Shown piece after piece: positions 1 to 8,547 of a stretch of DNA of 64,000 nt. The DNA is taken from the IMG/VR virus record IMGVR_UViG_3300005670_000019. One strand, written 5' to 3'. The notes below the pieces were generated by a model that was not told the origin of the DNA, searched no databases, and was given only the letters and a program-made list of their open reading frames with translations. The position numbers and the translations under genes were made by a program. Every line of letters begins with the position of its first letter. The first letter of the stretch is position 1. The DNA is from a virus. Taxonomy: Duplodnaviria > Caudoviricetes.

Positions 1-1056
1 CATTGGCATTCCATTTTGTCTCATTTCACTTTTCCATTCATCCCAAGTATAAAGCAAAACTTCTGGTTCCCACGGGTTCCATTCATCTTCAACAAAATCT
101 TGTGGTTTCTGTTCTGTGGCAACAACTGTTTCGACCTTCAAGTCTGAAGATGGTATCACTCCTTTATAACCTATTGACTCAATTTTGTCAAGGAAAGACG
201 TCATAAAGTCAGGAAGGTCCGAAATCAAATAGCCTCCAGAAACAGAACCATCGATTTCATTTCTCAAACTATCTTCATCAACAACGATCCTTGAATAGTC
301 TTTTAGGGCTGAACCTCTAATTCTTAGAACGACGCCGGGAACATCAAATCTTGCAAGAAGAGTTTCAGCAATATCCTCAGCATATTCTTTGTCTGCTGTG
401 AGATATACGGCATTTTGTAAATCAAAATTGAGTTGTGTCCAACCTTCACCTTGAGCTGCGCTCTTTGATGGTTTCAATCCTGTTGATAAAATTGATTTCA
501 AATGCTTCATTGAAGTAGCATGAAACCAATCAACATCACTAATCTCTTCAAGAACTTCGAACTTGAATGATTGAAACTCTTGTTCCTTTTCTCTGTCTCT
601 TGTCCATGAAGGAGATTTTCCTTGAATGGTCTTTGCTTTTGCAACCACATCTTTCAAAGTTCCAAGAAATTCAACTTGACCATCTCTTTTGAAATATTCA
701 ATTTTTGCGTTGTTTAGTTCCGGAAGATACTTTGATGTTGTGATTAGTGCTCTTGATGCTCTTGGATCACGAAAAACGTTTGAATAAACAGTGATTGTTT
801 TTCTGTCCGCTGACAATTCAAGCAGAGAACTTGCTTCTCTTTGAGTCGGTCTACTAGGCATCCAAATGCCTTTGTCTTTTGTCTGAGGGTATTCGGCATA
901 AGCTTCTTTTGTTAGTCCCTCTGGGTGAAAGAAGAGTGTCTTGGCTTTCTTGAAGTAATAACGAAAGAATTCAGGACCAAGTTCAGGGTGAAGACCCCAG
1001 TTTGAACTGCCTTCAATTTGTTCTTTCAACTTTACTTTATTCTTTGTAGGTGACAT
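1..1056 (-). CDS. ADP-ribosyltransferase-like (KptA/Tpt1, H-Y type) domain protein; 3' end runs off the window; missed by the ORF track
   Basis: Manual translation from ATG 1056: MSPTKNKVKLKEQ...WFHATSMKHLKSILSTGLKP...NAVYLTADKEYAEDIA...VVLRI; no stop before position 1. HAT...I...GL.P...VYLT is the typical pattern of this NAD-using fold. Confidence 0.7.
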   Translation of the reverse strand, partial: MSPTKNKVKLKEQIEGSSNWGLHPELGPEFFRYYFKKAKTLFFHPEGLTKEAYAEYPQTKDKGIWMPSRPTQREASSLLELSADRKTITVYSNVFRDPRASRALITTSKYLPELNNAKIEYFKRDGQVEFLGTLKDVVAKAKTIQGKSPSWTRDREKEQEFQSFKFEVLEEISDVDWFHATSMKHLKSILSTGLKPSKSAAQGEGWTQLNFDLQNAVYLTADKEYAEDIAETLLARFDVPGVVLRIRGSALKDYSRIVVDEDSLRNEIDGSVSGGYLISDLPDFMTSFLDKIESIGYKGVIPSSDLKVETVVATEQKPQDFVEDEWNPWEPEVLLYTWDEWKSEMRQNGMPM

Positions 1057-1085
1057 GCTATAGTAAATAGTATAAGGAGTTTCTT

Positions 1086-1589
1086 ATGAGTGATATTGAC
1101 AAACTATATGAAGAAATAAAGAAAGAAAAAGAAGAAGAACTGCAAGAGAAATTGAATGTTTCACCTGAAGAATCGGAGCCATCTGTGCAACTTAGAAAGA
1201 AAACTTGCTTTCTTTTAGAAGCTGCATATCTTGCATCATTAGATACAAAAGATATTCTTTTGAAGTCTGTCCTTGAAGAAACTATTACAATTCTTTGGAA
1301 CTGGTTACCAGAAGATGTAAAGGCGGCGACAATGAAAGAAAGAACTCTCGGTGGTGTTCCAGCATCGTCTATAAATCCGTTAGACTGTTGGAAATCTTCG
1401 TTTCCAAATCAATCTGTCGCCAATAACATTTGGGATTATTTGAACAAAGACGAAGAACTCGAAGATATACAAAAATCTATTGATGAAGCAACTCAAAATC
1501 TAGAGTCAAGGATCGAAGCTCTTGAACTTGCAATGCTTAATTTGGCAGAAAAGCTCAAACCTCTAATTCTTCCTGAAGGAACGAAATGA
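1086..1589 (+). CDS. hypothetical protein with coiled-coil termini
   Basis: 167-aa ORF, SD AAGGAG upstream. Confidence 0.7.
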   Translation: MSDIDKLYEEIKKEKEEELQEKLNVSPEESEPSVQLRKKTCFLLEAAYLASLDTKDILLKSVLEETITILWNWLPEDVKAATMKERTLGGVPASSINPLDCWKSSFPNQSVANNIWDYLNKDEELEDIQKSIDEATQNLESRIEALELAMLNLAEKLKPLILPEGTK

Positions 1590-2256
1590 TCTCCTTGTAA
1601 GGTGAAACCTGTTTCCATTTGTGCTTTTCAATTTTTCTTTCAAACCATTTTCCTGTTACCTTTTTGAAAGGTAACGCAAAGTAATAAGTTCCAGTTGACA
1701 TTCTTTCCTGGAACTTTTCTTTTGCCCATTCCTCATTCTCTTTCATTTGATGTTGATCCCAAACATATTGTGCCCAAATCAAATCAACAAGGTAGGCGCG
1801 AAATTCTAAACGAGCTCTCCAATAAGCAGGAAGTGGGAATAAAAAGATTACAGTTGGAATCAAAAACCAAGCATTCCAAAGAACTAGAGATAGCAATAAG
1901 AAAAGAATTGAGAGTATTTGTGGAAATAGGTACGCAAGGGAAAAACGAACGCCCATGGTTGCTCTATCATACAGATGAACCGTTTCATGAGCCACCGATT
2001 TCAAGCCATGAAGCATATCTACATTTTCATAAAAACTATCTGGAACATAAATGGTTTTCCCAATAGCCTGATACATACGATCAAACTCTTTAATTCTCAG
2101 AATCTTTACTGCTACAAAGCGAGCCACATGAAATCTAAAATCAGTGGCTTCTTTTTTTGTTTTGATTTCAGCATCAGGAACAAACTTTCTTGTAACCTTG
2201 TTTAGAAAGCGTCTGCTAAATTCGTAAATGACCGTATCGTTTATCCTGTTATTCAT
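1555..2256 (-). CDS. membrane-associated zincin metallopeptidase-like protein
   Basis: AHETVH (HExxH), two hydrophobic segments, downstream RLEFRAY third-ligand Glu; probable start ATG 2256 after AGGAG. Confidence 0.6.
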   Translation of the reverse strand: MNNRINDTVIYEFSRRFLNKVTRKFVPDAEIKTKKEATDFRFHVARFVAVKILRIKEFDRMYQAIGKTIYVPDSFYENVDMLHGLKSVAHETVHLYDRATMGVRFSLAYLFPQILSILFLLLSLVLWNAWFLIPTVIFLFPLPAYWRARLEFRAYLVDLIWAQYVWDQHQMKENEEWAKEKFQERMSTGTYYFALPFKKVTGKWFERKIEKHKWKQVSPYKEIISFLQEELEV

Positions 2257-2269
2257 CACAGAACTCCTA

Positions 2270-2298
2270 TTGAAACATATTCGTAAATATTGCACAAT
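2270..2298 (+). promoter_or_regulatory. TTGAAA-N17-CACAAT promoter (polA)
   Basis: same TTGAAA-N17-CACAAT architecture at 3605-3633 before the SSB. Confidence 0.6.
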
Positions 2299-2306
2299 GA
2301 GGAGGT

Positions 2307-3587
2307 ATGGCTACTCTTTTGCTATCAAATAAAACTACTGGTCTTAATTCACATTTACGTTCCTACAAAGATGGAAGTTCCATGTTTTGTAATGATATTC
2401 TGAGTTCTGATATCATTGTGAATAGTAAAGACTGGTTTCAATATCTGAAAACAACGTGCAAGGAAGCCCCATCTCTTCTTCCTGAAACTCAAAGAAAAGC
2501 TCTTGAGACTGTTTTGAGAGAAGAAGAGATTATGGTTGAGAACCTTCCAGCTTTTCTTCTCTTATCAAAAGAAGAGTATCAAACAAACCTTCATCGTTAC
2601 ATGAAAGAACTCATTTCTTTCTTTGCACTCAATCCTGCAACTTACTTTTTTGACTTCTTCAAAAAAGAAGTAGACCTTCTTGAAAAAATGCAGGGTGCTT
2701 ACATCTCCGAGGACTTGTATCACAAATATAGAATACAGGATACTCAGGGACTAGTTTCCACATTCTCTCCAAATAGAGATGGCTTTGCAAAACCTGTGAA
2801 GTATGACAGTTTCAAAAGCCCAACAGGAAGATTGGTTGTTACAGAAGGTCCTCATATCCTAACAATCAACAAGACCTATCGGAACATGGTTCAGACTTCC
2901 TTTGAAAAGGGAGCAATCGTATCGATCGATTACGTTGCTCTTGAACCAAGTGTGCTCCTTGGAAGAACATCTAGTGCTCTCTCTAATTGGTTATCTTCCA
3001 CTCAAGGATCCACAAACTCAAAACCACATGATATCTACCAGCAAGTGGCTGATATTCTGTTTCAACGAAATCTACTCCGTACACCTATCGATCGCTCAGA
3101 AGCAAAATCTATAACCCTCAGAACGCTCTATGGAGCTCAGGAAGATTTAATTGGGCAGATACTCCAAGGTAAAAGTTCTGTGCCTCTACACGATTTCCTA
3201 TTTGAACTGAGAGAGCTTTTTGGCATCAACCAACTGATGAACCAACTTCAATCAGAACGTCGGATGAGAAATAATGGTGGAAAATACATTACAAATCATT
3301 TTGAAAGAAGAATACCTACAGAAGGTGTCGAAGATTATAAGTTAGTAAACTATTGGACACAATCAACTGCTGTCGATGTTGCTCTTCTTGGATTCGCTTC
3401 ATTGATAGAAGATTTGAATCCAGAAGAAGTAAGACCTTTGTTTGTATTGCATGATGCAATATTTTTGGATGTAAGTCTATCTGCTGTTTCGAAACTAAAG
3501 TCAGCTATCAACAAAGCCAAAACCGTCCCACTTTTTCCAAATTCACACTTCCACTTGAAACTCTCGGTAGAAAGTCAATCACAATAA
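2307..3587 (+). CDS. polA: family A DNA polymerase (polymerase domain only)
   Basis: TGRL motif, motif A IDYVALEP, motif B RSEAKSITLRTLYG, motif C VLHDAI. Confidence 0.8.
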   Translation: MATLLLSNKTTGLNSHLRSYKDGSSMFCNDILSSDIIVNSKDWFQYLKTTCKEAPSLLPETQRKALETVLREEEIMVENLPAFLLLSKEEYQTNLHRYMKELISFFALNPATYFFDFFKKEVDLLEKMQGAYISEDLYHKYRIQDTQGLVSTFSPNRDGFAKPVKYDSFKSPTGRLVVTEGPHILTINKTYRNMVQTSFEKGAIVSIDYVALEPSVLLGRTSSALSNWLSSTQGSTNSKPHDIYQQVADILFQRNLLRTPIDRSEAKSITLRTLYGAQEDLIGQILQGKSSVPLHDFLFELRELFGINQLMNQLQSERRMRNNGGKYITNHFERRIPTEGVEDYKLVNYWTQSTAVDVALLGFASLIEDLNPEEVRPLFVLHDAIFLDVSLSAVSKLKSAINKAKTVPLFPNSHFHLKLSVESQSQ

Positions 3588-3730
3588 AAAGTTATTGACA
3601 AAATTTGAAAGGAAAAGTGTAGTGAGGCACAATGAAATTGTTCATAGGGAAAGACATTCAAGCCGAAATAACCTATAATAGAAGAACGTTGGATTGTTCC
3701 AACCCCTTACAAATAGAAAGATAAAATATA

Positions 3731-4573
3731 ATGACTGGATATAACCTTGATGCAATTCGTGACAAACTGAAACAAATGACAAAGACTGGTTCAAGTGAGA
3801 AATCTGAACTTCCAAAGTTCAAATATTTCAAGCCTGAACTTGGAAACGTTGATATCCGTTTCCTTCCTTACAAGGATGAGAAAGGACAACCTTTCCAAGA
3901 GGTAGTTTACTACCAAAACAAGAAGCTTACTGAGCAAAGAGTTGTTGCTCCTGCACAATATGGATTGGAAGATCCAATTGCTTCATTAGAACAGGAGATG
4001 CGTTCTGATCGTTCTAATGAGTCGTGGGAAATCCGTAAGTGTCTCAATCCTACATCACGCTTTTACGCTCCTGTGATTGTTCGTGGTCGTGAGGACGAAG
4101 GCATTATGCTTTGGGAGATTTCTTCGAAGCTTGTGCAAGACATTTACGCAACCCTTTGTCATGAGGATTACGCAACTGAAAACTTGATGGATCCATATTC
4201 GGGATATGATTGGACTGTGTCTGCTGTTGACAGTGGAAAGAAGTTCAACGGATTCGCTGTGAAAGAAATCAAACTTCAACCGCGTCGAAAGGCATCACCA
4301 CTCTTCGTGAATGGCAAGAATGCTGATAAGGCAAGGATTGAAAAGACCTTGGAAGAAATTCCAAATCTTGGCGAACATTTCCGTAAGCTTGTTCCGGGAA
4401 CTGAAAAGTTGAAGACAATCATCGAAAACTTCCTCAATGGTCCAAAGGACAGTGAGGTTGATTCTGAGGTTTCTGCTGGTGGTGTGGAGCATGGTACTTC
4501 TGGAGACGGAAAGACCGCTGCAACCAAGAGCAAAATTGATAGCGCCTTTGATGATCTAGAAAACGTGTTCTGA
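3731..4573 (+). CDS. ssDNA-binding protein, T4 gp32-like
   Basis: FKPELG...IRFLPY, RFYAPVIVRGREDEG, DPYSGYD, acidic tail DSAFDDLENVF; lies next to the recombinase. Confidence 0.8.
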   Translation: MTGYNLDAIRDKLKQMTKTGSSEKSELPKFKYFKPELGNVDIRFLPYKDEKGQPFQEVVYYQNKKLTEQRVVAPAQYGLEDPIASLEQEMRSDRSNESWEIRKCLNPTSRFYAPVIVRGREDEGIMLWEISSKLVQDIYATLCHEDYATENLMDPYSGYDWTVSAVDSGKKFNGFAVKEIKLQPRRKASPLFVNGKNADKARIEKTLEEIPNLGEHFRKLVPGTEKLKTIIENFLNGPKDSEVDSEVSAGGVEHGTSGDGKTAATKSKIDSAFDDLENVF

Positions 4574-4595
4574 TCTTCTTGTTGTTCTTTGATGG

Positions 4596-4624
4596 AAAAG
4601 CCTCCGCTGAGTCGGGGGCTTTTT
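4596..4624 (+). terminator. intrinsic terminator
   Basis: AAAAGCCTCCG-loop-CGGGGGCTTTTT after the SSB stop. Confidence 0.8.
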
Positions 4625-4673
4625 CTTTGTCAATCTTTCTTTTTCAACAAATCAAGAAAGTTCAAGCTTTCAG

Positions 4674-4702
4674 TTGAAAGCAACAAAGCCTATTGTTATG
4701 AT
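4674..4702 (+). promoter_or_regulatory. TTGAAA-N17-TATGAT promoter (uvsX operon)
   Basis: exact spacing, just after a terminator. Confidence 0.7.
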
Positions 4703-4728
4703 GATTGTACCCAAAAGGAATAACATAC

Positions 4729-5949
4729 ATGGTAAAAAAGAAAGAAGAAACAACCTCTACATCTATCGCATCAAACAACATTGACGACTTCACAAACGAG
4801 CTTATCAAAGAGATCAACAAGAAGCATCAAGATAAAATTGCCTTCAATCTTGGTTCGGATGCAGCTCCAACAAACATCAATCGTTGGATCTCAACAGGAT
4901 CAAGAATGCTTGACGCTGTTGTTTCAAACACTTCAAAAGGTGGATTGCCAGAAGGAAGAATTGTTGAAATCCAAGGACCACCGTCGATTGGAAAATCGCA
5001 CATTGGATTTGAGCTTGCAAAGAGTACACAACGCCATGGCGGCATTGTTGTCTACATTGACACAGAGAATGCAACGTCGCTTGATAACCTTCGAGGTCTA
5101 GGCATCAAGGTTAATTCACAATTCGTTTTCGTCCAAACAGCTTGCACAGAAGAAATCTTCGAGGTTGCTGAACAGGCAATCATGAAAGCTCGTCAGCTAA
5201 AGAAAGACGTTCCTGTTACAATCATTTGGGATAGCGTTGCTGCTTCTTCACCAAAGGCTGAACTTGAAGGAGATTATGATCAAAACTCAATCGGTCTTCA
5301 AGCTCGTGTTCTTGGAAAAGGTCTTCGTAAGATCACGCAGTTGATTGCGAACCAAAAAGTTCTCTTCGTGCTCTTCAACCAGCAACGTCAGAAGATCGGT
5401 GTTATGTATGGAGATCCAACAACAACGCCAGGCGGAGCCGCAATTCCATATGCATGTTCAACGCGTATTCGTCTCTATGGTGGTTCTCATATTCAAGATG
5501 ATAAGACCAAAGAGGTTATTGGAATTGCTGTAAAGGCAAAGACAATCAAAAACAAAGTTGCTCGCCCTTTCCGCGAAGCAGAGTTCGAAATTCACTTTGG
5601 TGTTGGCGTTCGTGAAGACCAACAAGCTTTCGATGCACTTCGCCGTTGGTGTGATGCAAACGGTCCAGTTGAAATGCCGAATGGAGAAAAAGTCTCTGTT
5701 GCAGGAACGGGAGCGTGGAAGACCTTTATTGTCACAGATGCCAAAGGCAATACTGTTGTTGAAGAAAAGTGGCAAGGTAAAGCCGATTTCGGAAGCCGCG
5801 TTTACTACAATCCTCAATATGAGAAGTATGTCACGGCTCTTCTGGATGCATCCTTTATTGTATCTGCTGAAAATGACAGAGAGCACCCAACATATGTTGA
5901 TGTTGACACTGAAAGTTATGAAGACTTTCGTTCACTTGCCTCAAGTTGA
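4729..5949 (+). CDS. uvsX: RecA/UvsX recombinase
   Basis: ISTGS, GLPEGRIVEIQGPPSIGKS, YIDTE, WDSVAA, NQQRQKIG, TPGG; probable start MVKKK at 4729. Confidence 0.93.
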   Translation: MVKKKEETTSTSIASNNIDDFTNELIKEINKKHQDKIAFNLGSDAAPTNINRWISTGSRMLDAVVSNTSKGGLPEGRIVEIQGPPSIGKSHIGFELAKSTQRHGGIVVYIDTENATSLDNLRGLGIKVNSQFVFVQTACTEEIFEVAEQAIMKARQLKKDVPVTIIWDSVAASSPKAELEGDYDQNSIGLQARVLGKGLRKITQLIANQKVLFVLFNQQRQKIGVMYGDPTTTPGGAAIPYACSTRIRLYGGSHIQDDKTKEVIGIAVKAKTIKNKVARPFREAEFEIHFGVGVREDQQAFDALRRWCDANGPVEMPNGEKVSVAGTGAWKTFIVTDAKGNTVVEEKWQGKADFGSRVYYNPQYEKYVTALLDASFIVSAENDREHPTYVDVDTESYEDFRSLASS

Positions 5950-6473
5950 AGTTGATTATGATGACCGGATCGGTGCGGAGTATTCTGGCAGTTCAAAGTT
6001 TCTCTGTCGAAGAACTTGAACCTTACATAACTGACGTTGAAGGCGAAGTTTCACTAAGTAACCTAAATCAAAAAATCTTTGATACTGGTATAGACATTCA
6101 CCGAAAATATGGTCGAAGATCCGGAGACATCTGTTTGATTTCTCCAGATTTGGAGCTTTTTTTCTTAGAGGAAAATTCTCTTTTCAATGAAGCTCTTGGT
6201 GAGGCAAAACTTTTGGAGTTGAAAAAAATTGGAGTCAATCCTGAAAACTCTAAAGTCCTTGGCATTCTTAATTCAAGATTTGTTGTGCATGTTTGTTTTG
6301 ACTTGCAGCCTAACACTGTAATTGTTGGAAATAAAGGTGAAGGTTTAGAAACAAAATACATCATATATGATGGCAGTCAAGACCTTCCAATTTTAGATAT
6401 CAAAATATCTAATGAAAAACAATTTGCAAAAGGATTCTGTAGTAATCCACATCGCATAAAGGTAAAACGATGA
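5946..6473 (+). CDS. short protein resembling the C-terminal part of a T4 gp23-type major capsid protein
   Basis: IHRKYGRRSGDICLISP...GILNSRFVVHV...NTVIVGNKG...LET parallels the gp23 pattern IH..T.RG.GNF...SP...G.L..R..VY......VGYKG. Confidence 0.5.
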   Translation: MKLIMMTGSVRSILAVQSFSVEELEPYITDVEGEVSLSNLNQKIFDTGIDIHRKYGRRSGDICLISPDLELFFLEENSLFNEALGEAKLLELKKIGVNPENSKVLGILNSRFVVHVCFDLQPNTVIVGNKGEGLETKYIIYDGSQDLPILDIKISNEKQFAKGFCSNPHRIKVKR

Positions 6474-7012
6474 AGTATCGAGAAGACTATAAAACAAATG
6501 ACAAAGCATGGTATGAACCCGTTCCAAATCTAACATCAAACGTTGAACTTGAAGTGAAGTTTTTCAAGTGTCATCCAGAAGCAAAGCTTCCTGAGAGAGC
6601 AAATGAGGATGATGCAGGGTGGGATCTTTTTTCAACCGAAGAAGTTGTTTGGCGTCACGACGCCCGACCACAAACTGCTCCAACCGGCTTGAAAATGGTG
6701 ATCCCGTCAGGATGGGAAGCTCAAGTAAGACCTAGATCAGGAATGTCTTTGAAAGGTTTGACTGTTTGCAACAGCCCTGGAACTATTGATGCTGGATACC
6801 GTGGCGAAATCAAGGTTATTGTTGCCCCAACAAATGTCAACACCAATGCATCAAACAGTTTTCCAATCATCATTCCAAAGGGCACCAAAATTGCCCAGCT
6901 TGTTTTCAAGAGAGTTCCACAAACTTCTATCAAAGAAATAAGTGAAGAAGAGTTTGAAAAACTCTCAAACACCACTCGTGGTGAAGGCGGATTTGGAAGT
7001 ACAGGACAATGA
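6470..7012 (+). CDS. dut: trimeric dUTPase
   Basis: DAGWDL, RPRSG, GTIDAGYRGEI, KIAQL, RGEGGFGSTG. Confidence 0.96.
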   Translation: MKYREDYKTNDKAWYEPVPNLTSNVELEVKFFKCHPEAKLPERANEDDAGWDLFSTEEVVWRHDARPQTAPTGLKMVIPSGWEAQVRPRSGMSLKGLTVCNSPGTIDAGYRGEIKVIVAPTNVNTNASNSFPIIIPKGTKIAQLVFKRVPQTSIKEISEEEFEKLSNTTRGEGGFGSTGQ

Positions 7013-7443
7013 GCAAAAACCTTGCAGAAAAGGTTCTTGAAGAACTAACCCCAGGAACCATGTTTCGGGGGTTTTTTCTTGTCGGATTTGATCCAAATGA
7101 TGGGCGGAAATGGTATTTCAATCTCGATGACAAAGAGCAAAACACGAGGGAAGAGAATTCGTCTGTTTACTATCCAACCTCAATAAGATACTTCAAATCA
7201 ACAATTGAAAAGGTAAATGTCTATTCGTTATCATTTGTTGATGGAACTGAACTTGGGTTGATACTTGATGTTCAGAACATAGCAAACCTAGAAGAAGGAC
7301 CAGTGACTACTTGGTATGGCTCCAAAATTCAAACAAAATCACAAAAGATTTTTGCTGTCGAATGTTTCCTAATTGAAAATTCGCATATTGGAACTTTCTT
7401 GATTTTGGTTGATGAAACAAAGAAAAGTGTGTATGTGATATGA
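7009..7443 (+). CDS. hypothetical protein
   Basis: 144-aa ORF overlapping both neighbours. Confidence 0.6.
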   Translation: MSKNLAEKVLEELTPGTMFRGFFLVGFDPNDGRKWYFNLDDKEQNTREENSSVYYPTSIRYFKSTIEKVNVYSLSFVDGTELGLILDVQNIANLEEGPVTTWYGSKIQTKSQKIFAVECFLIENSHIGTFLILVDETKKSVYVI

Positions 7444-8435
7444 ACAATAACGACCAAAGACCAATTGTTGTAATTGATGGAATGAATCTTTTCATTCGAT
7501 ACTTTGCTGTAAATGAAACAATGAGCGCCGAAGGCAACTGCGTTGGTGGCACAATTGGTTTCATCAAAGCTGTGAATGGGATAATTGAAACGTGGAACCC
7601 TTCAAAAGTTTTCATTGCCTGGGAAAAGGGCGGAGGCTCTGAAAGACGGAAGAGAATATTCCCCGAATACAAAGCAAATCGTGCCAAGTCAAAGGTTTTT
7701 GACGAACTCTCACCAGCCCGCTCAGGTCGTCTTCATATGGATGACACCGAGAACAGACAATATCAGCAACTTCTTTTGATCAATCTCTTGAAGAAAACAC
7801 CAATACGACAACTGTACCTCCGCGAGATCGAGGCGGATGACATTATCTCTTTTGTCGTTTCTTCCAAATTCAAAAACTCAAAGGCAAAAAAAGTCATCGT
7901 ATCAAGTGACAAAGATTACTACCAGTTGTTGGATGATGAAAATGTTGTTGTTTATGATCCAGCAACAAGGAGCATCGTGACAAAAAAAGAAGTCAAAGAA
8001 AAGTTTGGAATAGAGGCTCGAAACTTTTGTGTTGCTCGCGCTTTTGTGGGAGATAGTTCCGACAACATTCCCGGTGTTGATGGTGTTGGTATGAAAACTA
8101 TTTCAAAAAGATTTCCTTGTTTGGCTGAAGATAGAGATGTCTATATCCAAGAAGTTCTTGACCTTGCAAAAAAAGAAATGGACAGTGGTTCAAAGATAAA
8201 GGTGCATGGGCTAATCTTAGAGGCTAAGGAAGACGTCTTGAGGAACTGGGAGTTGATGTACCTTCGGGACCTGAATATCTCAGCAACTCAATGTCAAAAA
8301 CTTGAATGGCAAATCGATAATGAAGAAAGAGTATCAGATAAATTTTCCTTCATAAAGGAGCTGATTGCATCAAAAATACCCGTAAATTTTGATGTAGACC
8401 GATTGTTCAGAAATCTGAACAATGTAAATTTGTGA
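7440..8435 (+). CDS. 5'-3' exonuclease / flap endonuclease (T4 RNase H-like)
   Basis: IDGMN, YKANR, EADD, SSDKD, GDSSDNIPGVDGVGMKT. Confidence 0.92.
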   Translation: MNNNDQRPIVVIDGMNLFIRYFAVNETMSAEGNCVGGTIGFIKAVNGIIETWNPSKVFIAWEKGGGSERRKRIFPEYKANRAKSKVFDELSPARSGRLHMDDTENRQYQQLLLINLLKKTPIRQLYLREIEADDIISFVVSSKFKNSKAKKVIVSSDKDYYQLLDDENVVVYDPATRSIVTKKEVKEKFGIEARNFCVARAFVGDSSDNIPGVDGVGMKTISKRFPCLAEDRDVYIQEVLDLAKKEMDSGSKIKVHGLILEAKEDVLRNWELMYLRDLNISATQCQKLEWQIDNEERVSDKFSFIKELIASKIPVNFDVDRLFRNLNNVNL

Positions 8436-8547
8436 CAGGAATTTTTTCACTGAGCCCTCTCTTTATTCCTACCGATGGCTGAAATCAAATCCCGTTTCGC
8501 TTGCCAGCGAGCGGCTTTCTATTCCCTTTTTGAAGGTGGAGAACCAA

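Noticed and set aside
7046-7080. terminator-like hairpin AACCCC...GGGGTTTTTT
   Set aside because: It lies inside a coupled CDS with an imperfect stem; could be a partial terminator but is not supportable.
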